Shown: positions 23,373 through 32,043 of the stretch, piece by piece | How positions within the stretch are numbered: the first letter of the stretch is position 1 | Layout: each line of letters begins with the position of its first letter | Assembly (NCBI GenBank): GCA_050248855.1 | Contig: JBFWRP010000018.1 | Span: forward strand, 1 to 64,000 | DNA length: 64,000 nucleotides | Source of the DNA: Planctomycetota bacterium | GTDB taxonomy: Bacteria > Planctomycetota > PLA2 > JAEUHO01 | Reading direction: 5' to 3' | Notes under the pieces: generated by a model | Seen by the model: the letters and a program-made list of their open reading frames with translations, nothing else | The model's database searches: none | What the model was told of the DNA's origin: nothing | Program-made: the position numbers and the translations under genes

Positions 23373-25898
23373 CTAGCCGCGGACCAGCTCCCGCCCGGCG
23401 GGGCCGACCTGGACGAGGCCGCGGTACATGAGGTAGGGCTCGATGCGGAGGCGCACCGTGTCCTCGGGGAGGTGCAGGAGGGCCGAGAGCCGCCCCAGCG
23501 TCGCAGGGCCGCGATGGCTGCCGAGCACCTCCAGGTAGCGCCGTTGATCCGCGTCGAGGCCCCGCGAGTCGATGCCGAGGTGGGCGAGTGCGGCGCGCAT
23601 GGTGTCGCAGTCGACCTCGTGCCCGGACATCCCGCTCTGGACCAGGGCGAAGTCGCAGACGGACCCTGCGAGGCGAAGCACTTCGCGGGGACTGCCCTGC
23701 GCCGCCTCCCCCAGCAGGAGCGCTGCGTCATCAGCGATTCGCGTATCGAGCATCGCCGCGGCATCTCGCCCGATCTCGGCCAGGACGCTGGCGGGAAGCG
23801 AGCCGAGACGTTCGAGCACCTGGAAGCGGCTCCGAAGGGCAGAGGGCACCTCCATCTCCTCGGTGGTGGCGGCCAAGAGCGTGAACTCGGGCAGCCGAAG
23901 CGAGATCGCCTTGACACGCTCGCCCTGCGAAATGGTGATGGGCAGGCGCCGGTCGGTCATCGCTTGGTAGAGGACCTCCAGGACGCGCCGGGGGACCGCG
24001 TGGACCTCGTCGATGAAGAGGGCGTCGCCAACGTCCAACGTGGCCAGGAGGCCCACGAGGGCTCCGATCTCGTCCAGTTCACCGCCTACGACCCGTACGA
24101 GGTCGGCCCCCATGCGTTGCGTGACCGCCTCCGCAAGCGTGGTCTTGCCTACGCCAGCCGGTCCGACGAGCAGGGTGTGGGGGAACGCCTGACCCCGGAG
24201 CTGCGCCGCCCGGGCGCGGACCTCCAGCTGCTCCACCGCATGCTCATGTCCGCGGACACCAGCGAACGCGAGAGCCCTGTTTTCCGCACCACCCGGGACT
24301 AAAGTTGTCCGGACGTCCGGACACTTTTCGGCGCCCGGTTCGGGCTGGGCAGGAGCCTCCGACTGGGGAGGGGCTTCCGGCTGGGCAGGGGCCTCCGGCT
24401 GGGCAGCGAGCGCCGGGACACGCTCGGTGGCGCCGAGCTCGGTGGCGCCGAGCTCGCTGGCGACATCCTCGGCGGTGACATCCTCGGCGGTGACATCTGC
24501 AGCGGGGACATCTGCAGCGGGGGCATCCACGACAGGGACATAGCCGGTGGCGAGCCGGAGGCTGCCGCCGGGGCCGCGGCGCAGGCCGGGGGCGTGGTCG
24601 ACAAGCCAGCTGGCATCGACCTCGGCGGGGACGTCGTCGAGCGTCATCGGCACTGCGGCGGGCGGGGCGGCCGCGGCCTCTTCCTGGATCGGCCCCATGG
24701 CGAGCGCCTCGAGCTCCCTGCGGGCGATCTCGTCGATGGCCGCCTGGTCCTTGGCTTCGAACACGCACGTGGCCGCGTGGAGACCTCGCGCCACGATGTA
24801 ACCGTCGTGCAGGAGCCCATGGCAAGCGCGGCACAAAGTCGCCAAGTTGCTGGGGTGCGTGGGCCCGCAGTGCTCGCGGAAGATCACATGGTGGACTTGC
24901 AGGCGCTCGCGGGAGGCGCAGCGGCGGCACGTGGCGCGATCACGCTCGAGAACGTGGCGGCGCATGGGCTCGGGCGTCTTCACGTCCGGCGCGTCGAGCC
25001 GGGCGACGGGAAGCGGGCCGTCGTTCAGGTCGACGGACAACGTGCTGGAGCCATCCGGCTGGAACTCGCCCTGGTGCAGGTGCACCTTGTAGTGATACGA
25101 CTTGACGGGCCGTCGCCCGGCGATGCTCCCGTCGGCTTCCGTTCGATCGAGCAGCCTGAGCCCCTCCAGGAACGCCTCGCGGGTGGTGACGGGGCGATCC
25201 AGCTCGTCGGAGAGCTTGGCACGCATCTGCTCGAGGAGTCGCTGCTCTTCCGGCTCGAGCAGCATCTGCACGGGGAACCGCGCCGTCGGGATGCCCTTGC
25301 CCGATCCCGGCTTGTTGGGAACCTCGCCGTGCTTGGAACGAAGCACCAGCGTTCGCAAGGCGCGAAACGAGAGCTTCCTGGCCTCCGCCACCCAAGCCTC
25401 TTCGTGAACAGGGGTGATCACCTTCAGGAGCAGGGGGATCTTGCTCCAGCGGATCTGCGCAGCGCGAATGGCCGCATCCAGCTTGGGAAGCGAACGGAGG
25501 GCCTTGCCGATGCTGGCGAGCTCGTAGACGCGGGCGCGCTCCATGCACAGGTGATCGTGGGCGTAGTGGGCTACCGAGGAGCAGCCCAATGCCTGCCAGC
25601 CGCGCGTTTCCAGCATCTCGTCGAGGTAGAAGGCGAGTGCCCGATTGCCTACGTCCTGCAGGCGCTGGGCCGCAACAAGGCGCGCGTGCATGTCGTGCGG
25701 CGAGAGTCCACTCCTGAGCTCGGGCAGCGCGACGAGCTTCTTGGCCTTTGCAGGCTTGGCGGTCTCCGCAGGCGCCGTGCGTGGGACGGCGGCCAGGGAA
25801 GGCGTGGCCTCGCACACGAAGGACGCGCCGTGCTCGCGGGGCAGCAGACGCAGCGTGGAAATGGACGAACGCAACCTCGCGTGACTCGTGGTGATCAT
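23373..25898 (-). CDS. DUF222-like/HNH endonuclease fused to a full-length RuvB-like Holliday-junction helicase domain
   Basis: HNH at ~24802-24953 (ERD..TCRRC...VHH...N..TLC..CH..LH). RuvB at ~23373-24270 (GPAGVGKTT, FIDEVH, AATT, LRSRF, GSPR, GLD, IEPYL...P.GR). Single ORF; exact start uncertain. Confidence 0.88.
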   Translation of the reverse strand: MITTSHARLRSSISTLRLLPREHGASFVCEATPSLAAVPRTAPAETAKPAKAKKLVALPELRSGLSPHDMHARLVAAQRLQDVGNRALAFYLDEMLETRGWQALGCSSVAHYAHDHLCMERARVYELASIGKALRSLPKLDAAIRAAQIRWSKIPLLLKVITPVHEEAWVAEARKLSFRALRTLVLRSKHGEVPNKPGSGKGIPTARFPVQMLLEPEEQRLLEQMRAKLSDELDRPVTTREAFLEGLRLLDRTEADGSIAGRRPVKSYHYKVHLHQGEFQPDGSSTLSVDLNDGPLPVARLDAPDVKTPEPMRRHVLERDRATCRRCASRERLQVHHVIFREHCGPTHPSNLATLCRACHGLLHDGYIVARGLHAATCVFEAKDQAAIDEIARRELEALAMGPIQEEAAAAPPAAVPMTLDDVPAEVDASWLVDHAPGLRRGPGGSLRLATGYVPVVDAPAADVPAADVTAEDVTAEDVASELGATELGATERVPALAAQPEAPAQPEAPPQSEAPAQPEPGAEKCPDVRTTLVPGGAENRALAFAGVRGHEHAVEQLEVRARAAQLRGQAFPHTLLVGPAGVGKTTLAEAVTQRMGADLVRVVGGELDEIGALVGLLATLDVGDALFIDEVHAVPRRVLEVLYQAMTDRRLPITISQGERVKAISLRLPEFTLLAATTEEMEVPSALRSRFQVLERLGSLPASVLAEIGRDAAAMLDTRIADDAALLLGEAAQGSPREVLRLAGSVCDFALVQSGMSGHEVDCDTMRAALAHLGIDSRGLDADQRRYLEVLGSHRGPATLGRLSALLHLPEDTVRLRIEPYLMYRGLVQVGPAGRELVRG
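24306..24323. repeat. perfect 18-bp palindrome TGTCCGGACGTCCGGACA inside the HNH-RuvB gene
   Basis: Self-complementary, flanked by AAAG(T) and CTTT. Confidence 0.9.
24340..24527 (-). repeat. in-frame 15- and 18-bp tandem repeats encoding PAADV/TAEDV/ELGAT/AQPEAP linker units
   Basis: GACATCTGCAGCGGG-like, GACATCCTCGGCGGT x2, CTCGGTGGCGCCGAG x2 and degenerate 18-mers. Confidence 0.85.
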
Positions 25899-26111
25899 GA
25901 CGTCTCCCAGCCCCTCGGCCCTTCCGCGAGCTGGCTATGCGAACAAAATAGAGACAAGGGGGGACAGTCCCGAAAGCCCTGAAAACAGGTCCCAGGAGGA
26001 ACCTGCGAGGGCCCCGAGGAGCCAGCGCCTGGGGTCTGATCCCGCGAGGCCGGCCCCGCAGGGGCAGCGCCGCACGCGGCGCCATCGCGAGCCGGACACC
26101 TCCGCGCGCGA

Positions 26112-26921
26112 TCAGGCGGGGCGACGCAGCAACAGGAAGGTGAGATCGTCGGACTTGCCGACGGCGGTGTCCGTGGAGAGCGACGCGCGCATGCGGGCGC
26201 GCGCGGCGGTGCCCAGCTCGTCGGCGGCCGCCTCCAGGGAGCCCTTGCGGATCGTGTCCACGATCGCGTCCACGGGCAGGTTGTCGAACAGGCCATCGCT
26301 GGCCAGCAGCAACGTGTCGCGGGGCGCCATCGGAATGCGCGACGACATCTCGATGCGCGCGTCGCCGCCACCGAGCATGTTGCTGACCAGATGGCGGTCT
26401 TCGTGCACCAGCGCTTCGTCCTCGTCCAACACGCCGGCTTCCACGGCGTAGCCCACCGGCGAGTGCGCGATCGACTCGAACACGCGCCGGCCGCGCTGGC
26501 CCACGAGCATCACGCCGCTGTCGCCCACATGGAAGCTGCGCACGCCATCGGCGCGAACGTGGGTCACCGCAATCGTGCTACCGGCCCCCACCTTCAACGC
26601 GGCCAGTGCCTGGTCCGCACTCTCGATGGCGGTGAGCACGCGTTCGCGAAGCGCACCCTTCGTGTCCGCAAACGTCTTGAGGAACGCATCGATCACGATC
26701 TCGGCCGCACGCTCGGCGGCCGGCAGCCCACCGGCGCCATCGGCCAGGACCAGCAGCACCCCCTCCTCGCCGGCGAGCGGGACCACGGCGCAACCGTCCT
26801 GGTTCCCTCCGGCCCGATGGGGCGCCTTGCGCGCCCACGCGACGACCTGACCTTGGGGATGAGCGAAGGCGACGGGGCCCTCGGTGTCGCCGGCGACCAG
26901 GCGCCAAGGCTCGACCTTCAC
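26112..26921 (-). CDS. PP2C-family Ser/Thr protein phosphatase
   Basis: NQD, ADGAGG, HVGDS, ASDGLFD, DDLT. The GTG start overlaps the kinase TGA (GTGA). Confidence 0.9.
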   Translation of the reverse strand: MKVEPWRLVAGDTEGPVAFAHPQGQVVAWARKAPHRAGGNQDGCAVVPLAGEEGVLLVLADGAGGLPAAERAAEIVIDAFLKTFADTKGALRERVLTAIESADQALAALKVGAGSTIAVTHVRADGVRSFHVGDSGVMLVGQRGRRVFESIAHSPVGYAVEAGVLDEDEALVHEDRHLVSNMLGGGDARIEMSSRIPMAPRDTLLLASDGLFDNLPVDAIVDTIRKGSLEAAADELGTAARARMRASLSTDTAVGKSDDLTFLLLRRPA

Positions 26922-27733
26922 CTCATCCCTCCGGCCCGCCACGCCTTCACCTTCGGGATCACGGCTCGGTAGCGGGCGGCCATTTCTCCAGCATCGGCAT
27001 AGCGCTGGCGCTGCTTGACGTGGAGGGCCTTGCGCAAGAGGCGGACCATCTCGGGCGGGTAACGCCGTTCGAGCTTGGCATGCCCCTTGAGCGGCCACTC
27101 GAAAGGCCACGACGGATACACACCCGCGAACATGCGCCACAGGATCAAGCCGGCGCTGAACACGTCGGACCGCGGCGAGGGACGACCCATGGCTTGCTCG
27201 GGTGCCATGTAGCCCAGCGTACCGCTGCCCGACGCCGCGATGGTGCGATACGTGATGCGCGCCAAGCCGAAGTCCGCGAGCCGGATGCGACCATCGTCGA
27301 AGATGAGGACGTTCTCCGGCTTGACGTCAAGGTGCAGCACGCGGCTCTCGTGCGCGAAGGCCAACGCATCGAGCAGCTGCTCACCCCACGCAAGGCTCGT
27401 CGTCCAGGCCAGGCGACGCGACAAACGGTCGGCCAGCGTCTCCTTGGCCAACGGCGAAGCCACGACCAAGCGACCCTCGATGCGATCCGCGTTGCGCAGC
27501 GGCAAGATGTTCGGGTGCTCGAGCTTCGCGACGAGCCGGATCTCCTTCAGGAAATCTTCTTCGGCCTTTTGCGAAAGGGGATGCTCGCTCGGCACGCGCA
27601 GTGCGACGGGCAAGCCCTCGATCGTGTCGAGCGCGCGATAGACGCACGCAAAGCCCCCCTCGCCGAGCAGGGCTTCGATGCGGTACTTGCCCAGGCGCGA
27701 GCGGGCCCGGAGACGTCCGTTGGGGCTCCCCAT
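26918..27733 (-). CDS. Hanks-type Ser/Thr kinase domain protein (soluble; beta3 Lys replaced by Arg)
   Basis: LGEGGFACVY, VALR, HPNI, HLDVKPEN, DFGLA, GT.GYMAPEQ, SDVFS.G. Confidence 0.9.
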   Translation of the reverse strand: MGSPNGRLRARSRLGKYRIEALLGEGGFACVYRALDTIEGLPVALRVPSEHPLSQKAEEDFLKEIRLVAKLEHPNILPLRNADRIEGRLVVASPLAKETLADRLSRRLAWTTSLAWGEQLLDALAFAHESRVLHLDVKPENVLIFDDGRIRLADFGLARITYRTIAASGSGTLGYMAPEQAMGRPSPRSDVFSAGLILWRMFAGVYPSWPFEWPLKGHAKLERRYPPEMVRLLRKALHVKQRQRYADAGEMAARYRAVIPKVKAWRAGGMR

Positions 27734-28152
27734 GGGGGCGCCATGCTGCCATGGGGCACCCCGCGCCAACCCTGCCGGGGTAAGCGTTCGGCCCCTGAGG
27801 TGCGGACGTGCGGCTCGCCAGATGCGTGGCGGTCGGGCTCCGTGCCGAGCGGCGTCCACGCGCCCTCGGGGGGGGGAACGAGCCGCCACGTCCCTCTCGC
27901 ACGACGTTGCCCATCTCGCGGGAGGCGAGGCTATCGCGTTCGGGCCTGGTGGGAGGCCGCGGGCCGATGAGGAGGAGGCCGCGTGGTTGACCACGCCAGG
28001 ACGACCAAGCCGTGCTCCGGCGCCCCGCCCGGGGCTGGAAGCTTGGCTGCCGGAAGAGGCGACTGCGGGCCCCAGGCAACCCCTGGCCCCCACGCCGGCG
28101 CGAGCCCCGGGCCCGCCCCGCGTACCGTGGCCGGCGCTCCAAGGAGACGTCC

Positions 28153-28836
28153 ATGCCCGCCGCCCGCCGTACGCCGACCCGTCCGCTGCCGCTGGCCGGA
28201 CAGCGTTGGGTCGTGACGGCCGGGCCGACGCGCGAACACCTGGACGACATCCGCTTCCTCACCAACGCCAGTACGGGGCGGATGGGCATCGAGGTGGCCC
28301 GGGCCGCGGCCCGACGCGGGGCGCACGTGGTGTTGGTGCTCGGCCCCACGTACCTGGCCCCGCCGTCCGGGGTGGAGACGGTGCGGATCACCAGCGTCCG
28401 CGACCTCCTGAAGGCCACGCGTGCGGCCGCGGCGGGCGCGGACGTCGTCGTCTTCACGGCCGCCCCGTCGGACTGGCGGCCCCGCACCCGCCAGCGCGGC
28501 AAGCCACCCCGTGCGGGCGACGGTTTCGACCTGCCGCTGGAGGCCACCGAGGACGTTGCGGCGACGCTCGGCCAGCGCAAGGGGCAGCGCGTCCACATCG
28601 GGTTCGCCCTCGAGGTGGCCGCGGGGACGGACCGCGCCCGCGCCAAGCTCGCCACCAAGCGCTTCGACGCGATCGTGCTGAACGGCCCCGAGAACTTCGG
28701 CGCGGGCGGAGGCGAGGCGCTCTGGATCCCCGCCGAGGGCAAGCCGACGCCGCTTCCCACCTCTACGAAGGCCCGCCTCGCCTCGGCCCTGGTGACCCGC
28801 ACGGCTCGCCTCGTCGTTCCACGCGGACCTCGGTAG
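28153..28836 (+). CDS. coaB: stand-alone phosphopantothenate-cysteine ligase (CoaB domain only)
   Basis: VTAGPTRE.LD..RF.TN.STG.MG, AA..D, GFALE, D.IV.N; RBS AAGGAG; no CoaC domain. Confidence 0.85.
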   Translation: MPAARRTPTRPLPLAGQRWVVTAGPTREHLDDIRFLTNASTGRMGIEVARAAARRGAHVVLVLGPTYLAPPSGVETVRITSVRDLLKATRAAAAGADVVVFTAAPSDWRPRTRQRGKPPRAGDGFDLPLEATEDVAATLGQRKGQRVHIGFALEVAAGTDRARAKLATKRFDAIVLNGPENFGAGGGEALWIPAEGKPTPLPTSTKARLASALVTRTARLVVPRGPR

Positions 28837-29098
28837 CAGCCGCATCGCGGTGAGAGGTCTGCCGGTGTCGTAGAGGCGAGAACGCCGGGAAGCGTGCCCC
28901 GTTGGCCGCGCATCGGGTCAGCAGGGCTAAGGTAGCGCGCCACCATCGGCGACGACTCGTGGTCCGCGTCGGCCTGCCTTGGCAGGCCGCGCCAACAAGC
29001 ACGGCTCGTGGAGCCGATGGTGGCGCGGGACCGAGCATCTGCCAGGCCGCCCCCCCGCACCCCGGCACGCGAACGCGCCACCCCGGTAGCATGCGCGC

Positions 29099-30796
29099 AT
29101 GTCGTCGAGCCAGGTCGCCGAAGCCGATCGCGCCGCCCCGGACGAGGTCGCGCTTGCCGTCAAGCGACTGATCGACGACCTCTCCCGGCCCGAGGCGCTG
29201 GACTTGCCGCCCGGAGCCTCCGTCGAGATCCGGCAGACGCACATCAGCGTCGTCTTCCTCACGCCCGACCGGGCCTACAAGGTGAAGAAGCCCGTCAAGC
29301 TCTGGGGCCTCGTGGACTACACGGATCCCGCGCAGCGACGCCAGATGTGCGAGGACGAGGTCACGCTCAACCGCCGCCTCGCGGCCGACCTCTACCTCGG
29401 CACGGTCCCGATCATCGAGCAGGGCGGTCGTCTGCGCGTCTGGCACGGCCCGGCCCAGCCGCCCGCCGACGTGCGCGTGGTGGACGCCGCCGTCGTCATG
29501 GTCCGCGTGCCCGACGTCGCCAGCTGGGCCGCTCGCGTCCGCGGCGGGTTTCTCGCCGGCTGGGAAGTCGACGACATGGCCCGCCGGCTGGCCGACTTCC
29601 ACAAGGCCAACCGGCTCTCGGGCTCCGCCGCGCGGGCTGCCCTCCCCCTGGGGTTCGCCCGCGTGTTGCGCCAGAACGTGCGCGGCACCGAAATCGGCGT
29701 GCCCGACCTCTTCCCGGCCGCGCTGCACCGGGGGCTCGTCACGCGCCTCGCCCGCCGCCTCGCCCGCGCCCGCCAGCGACTTCGTCAACGCGCCGGCGAG
29801 GGTCGTGTCGTGGACGGCCACGGGGACCTGCGCCTCGAGCACGTCGTGCGCTACCGCGGCCGGGTCGCCGTCTTGGACTGCATCGAGTTCAACCCCCTCC
29901 TGCGCCACATCGACCCGCTCTCGGACCTCGCGTTCCTCTCGATGGACCTGACCGCCAACGGTCGCCCGGACCTCGCTTGGCAGCTCGAACAGGCCTACCT
30001 CGACCGGAGCGCGGACATGGACGGTGCCGCGCTCTTGCCGCTCTTCCGTGCGGCCCGAGCCCACGTCCGCGCCAAGGTCGACCTCGTCATGAGCCGCGAC
30101 GTGTCGCTGCCCACCGAGCAACGCGCCACCAAGCGCCGTGGCGCCATGCGCGCCCTGGTCTTGGCGTGGCGCTACGCGCGCACGGGTGCCACGCCGCCGC
30201 TCATCGTGCTGCACGGCACGTCGGGCGCCGGGAAGAGCGTGTTGGCTTCGATCCTGTCCCCCTGGTTCGCGGCCGATGTGCTGCGCTCCGACGTCATCCG
30301 CAAGGAGCTCGCGGGGCTCAAGCCCCTCGACCGCCCGCGCGCGGGCGACATCCCCCGCATCTACGGCCGCGAGATGAGCGCACGCACCTACGAGGCGCTG
30401 CACAAGCGGGCGGCCCGCGCCCTCTCCCACGGGCGGGCCGTCCTGCTCGACGCCACGTACCTCCTCCGCGAGAGCCGCGACGCTGCACGGCAGATGGCCA
30501 AGGAGCTGGGCGTCCCGTTCGTCTTGCTCGAGCTCCGGTGCGATGACGAGGAGATCCGTCGCCGCCTGAAGGCCCGCGCGGAGCGCGGCGACGACCCCTC
30601 CGACGCGGGCGTCGAGGTGTTCGAGGCGCAAGTGAGCCATCGCGAGCGGGTCGAGGCGGACGAGGCGGCAATCGTGCACCAAGCGGGCAGCTCCGCCGAG
30701 CAGACGGCCCTGGCCATCGCGAGTGCCCTCGAAGCGCAAGTCGACGCCCGCCACGAGACGCTGGGCGCCGAGCCGCGCGGCGGCACCTCCTCGTGA
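29099..30796 (+). CDS. bifunctional aminoglycoside-phosphotransferase-like / P-loop (AAA_33, gluconate-kinase-like) protein
   Basis: THIS.VFL, YKVKKPV, E..LNRRLA, HGDL, DCIEFN, G.SGAGKS, SD..RK.L, LDATY, SDA. Confidence 0.9.
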   Translation: MSSSQVAEADRAAPDEVALAVKRLIDDLSRPEALDLPPGASVEIRQTHISVVFLTPDRAYKVKKPVKLWGLVDYTDPAQRRQMCEDEVTLNRRLAADLYLGTVPIIEQGGRLRVWHGPAQPPADVRVVDAAVVMVRVPDVASWAARVRGGFLAGWEVDDMARRLADFHKANRLSGSAARAALPLGFARVLRQNVRGTEIGVPDLFPAALHRGLVTRLARRLARARQRLRQRAGEGRVVDGHGDLRLEHVVRYRGRVAVLDCIEFNPLLRHIDPLSDLAFLSMDLTANGRPDLAWQLEQAYLDRSADMDGAALLPLFRAARAHVRAKVDLVMSRDVSLPTEQRATKRRGAMRALVLAWRYARTGATPPLIVLHGTSGAGKSVLASILSPWFAADVLRSDVIRKELAGLKPLDRPRAGDIPRIYGREMSARTYEALHKRAARALSHGRAVLLDATYLLRESRDAARQMAKELGVPFVLLELRCDDEEIRRRLKARAERGDDPSDAGVEVFEAQVSHRERVEADEAAIVHQAGSSAEQTALAIASALEAQVDARHETLGAEPRGGTSS

Positions 30797-31578
30797 GCGA
30801 CTACGCGGCGCTGGCCCAGCCGGTGGGCGCGGCGCTGCGCGCGCTCCGCCCGATCGTGCTGGAGGCGTTCGCGAAGCCCCCCGACCCGGAGCGCCGCAAG
30901 GACGACGGCAGCTCGATCACCGCGCTCGACACGGCCCTCGAGGAGCTTCTCGCCGCGTCCTTGCTCGCGCTCGATGCGACGTTCGGCCTGCGCAGTGAAG
31001 AAGCGGGTTGGATGCGCGAAGGCCGACCCACGTGGCACCTGGATCCCCTGGACGGCACGGCCAACTTCGAGCGACGCCTGCCGCTGTTCGCCTCGCAAGT
31101 CGCCTTGATGGACGGCGTGCGGCCGCTCTTCGGGGCGATCTACGACCCGCTCGCCGACGACCTGACCTGGGCCGCCGCGGGGGCGGGCGCGTGGCGCGAG
31201 GGCCGCCGCCTGCGCATGCCGGATCGTCCGCTGGCCGATGCGCGCGTGGTGCTCGACCTTGCCGAAGACGGGCTGTTCATGGACGACCCCGACCTCGTGC
31301 GCCGCGTGCGGCGGTCCTGCTACCGCGTGCGCGCGTTGGGTTCCGCCGCGATCCACTTCCGCGAGATCGCCTCGGGCGTCCTCGACGCCTACTTGGGGGG
31401 CCGCGCCACGCCCACGCCGCTGCATGACCTCGGACCGGGCCTCCTTCTCGTTCGCGAAGCCGGAGGCCGCGACTCCGATGGCCACGGCGGCGATCCCCTG
31501 GTCCGCCAGCGCGTCGTCGTCGCGGGCTCACCACGGGTCCACGACGGGCTCGTGGCCCTCCTCCGCCCAAGTGGATAG
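30793..31578 (+). CDS. inositol monophosphatase family protein
   Basis: T..D, SEE, DPLDGTANF, R.LGSAA, HD..G.L.V.EAGG; GTGA overlap with the upstream gene. Confidence 0.9.
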   Translation: MSDYAALAQPVGAALRALRPIVLEAFAKPPDPERRKDDGSSITALDTALEELLAASLLALDATFGLRSEEAGWMREGRPTWHLDPLDGTANFERRLPLFASQVALMDGVRPLFGAIYDPLADDLTWAAAGAGAWREGRRLRMPDRPLADARVVLDLAEDGLFMDDPDLVRRVRRSCYRVRALGSAAIHFREIASGVLDAYLGGRATPTPLHDLGPGLLLVREAGGRDSDGHGGDPLVRQRVVVAGSPRVHDGLVALLRPSG

Positions 31579-31587
31579 ACTGCGCCC

Positions 31588-31983
31588 ATGGAAGTGACGC
31601 TTCTCACGTTCGACGGTCCCATCGACGAGTTCCCTGCGCTGATCCAGACGGCCGACACCTTGGTCGCCGACGGGGTGCGCCGCCTGGGGATCGACCTGCC
31701 CGAGCTGCCGTTCATCAACTCGGCGGCGCTTGGCTACCTCGTGGACCTGCAGCGTCGCCTCGGCAAGGAAGACGGTCTGCTCGCACTGTCGCGGCTCCAG
31801 CCTGCGATCGTGAACATCCTGCAAATGACGCGGCTCGATCAGTTCCTCGCCTTCTTCGACACGACCGAAGAGGCCATCAGCTACCTCGGCGGCGATCCCG
31901 ACGAGCCCGTGGGCCAAGCCGAGGACCTGGGCACGTCCCTCTCCCGACAACATTGGCGCGGCAAGCGCGCCGAGACGGCCTGA
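31588..31983 (+). CDS. STAS-domain anti-sigma factor antagonist
   Basis: IDL..L.FINSAALG.L, IL.MT.LD..L......EEA. Confidence 0.88.
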   Translation: MEVTLLTFDGPIDEFPALIQTADTLVADGVRRLGIDLPELPFINSAALGYLVDLQRRLGKEDGLLALSRLQPAIVNILQMTRLDQFLAFFDTTEEAISYLGGDPDEPVGQAEDLGTSLSRQHWRGKRAETA

Positions 31984-32043
31984 GGCCCGCTTCGACCACG
32001 CGCCCTCCCCGCGCTTGGTAGCCTTCCTCCGAGGAGGCTGGCC

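Noticed and set aside
23373..25898. Calling the gene plain ruvB, or an IscB/Cas9-like nuclease
   Set aside because: It has about 540 extra N-terminal residues and no ruvA/ruvC context; no RuvC nuclease motifs or guide-RNA locus were recognised.
27734..28152. ncRNA or small ORF in the kinase-coaB spacer (and in 28837-29098)
   Set aside because: No tRNA, SRP, 6S or riboswitch signature and no convincing ORF was seen; an Rfam scan would be needed.
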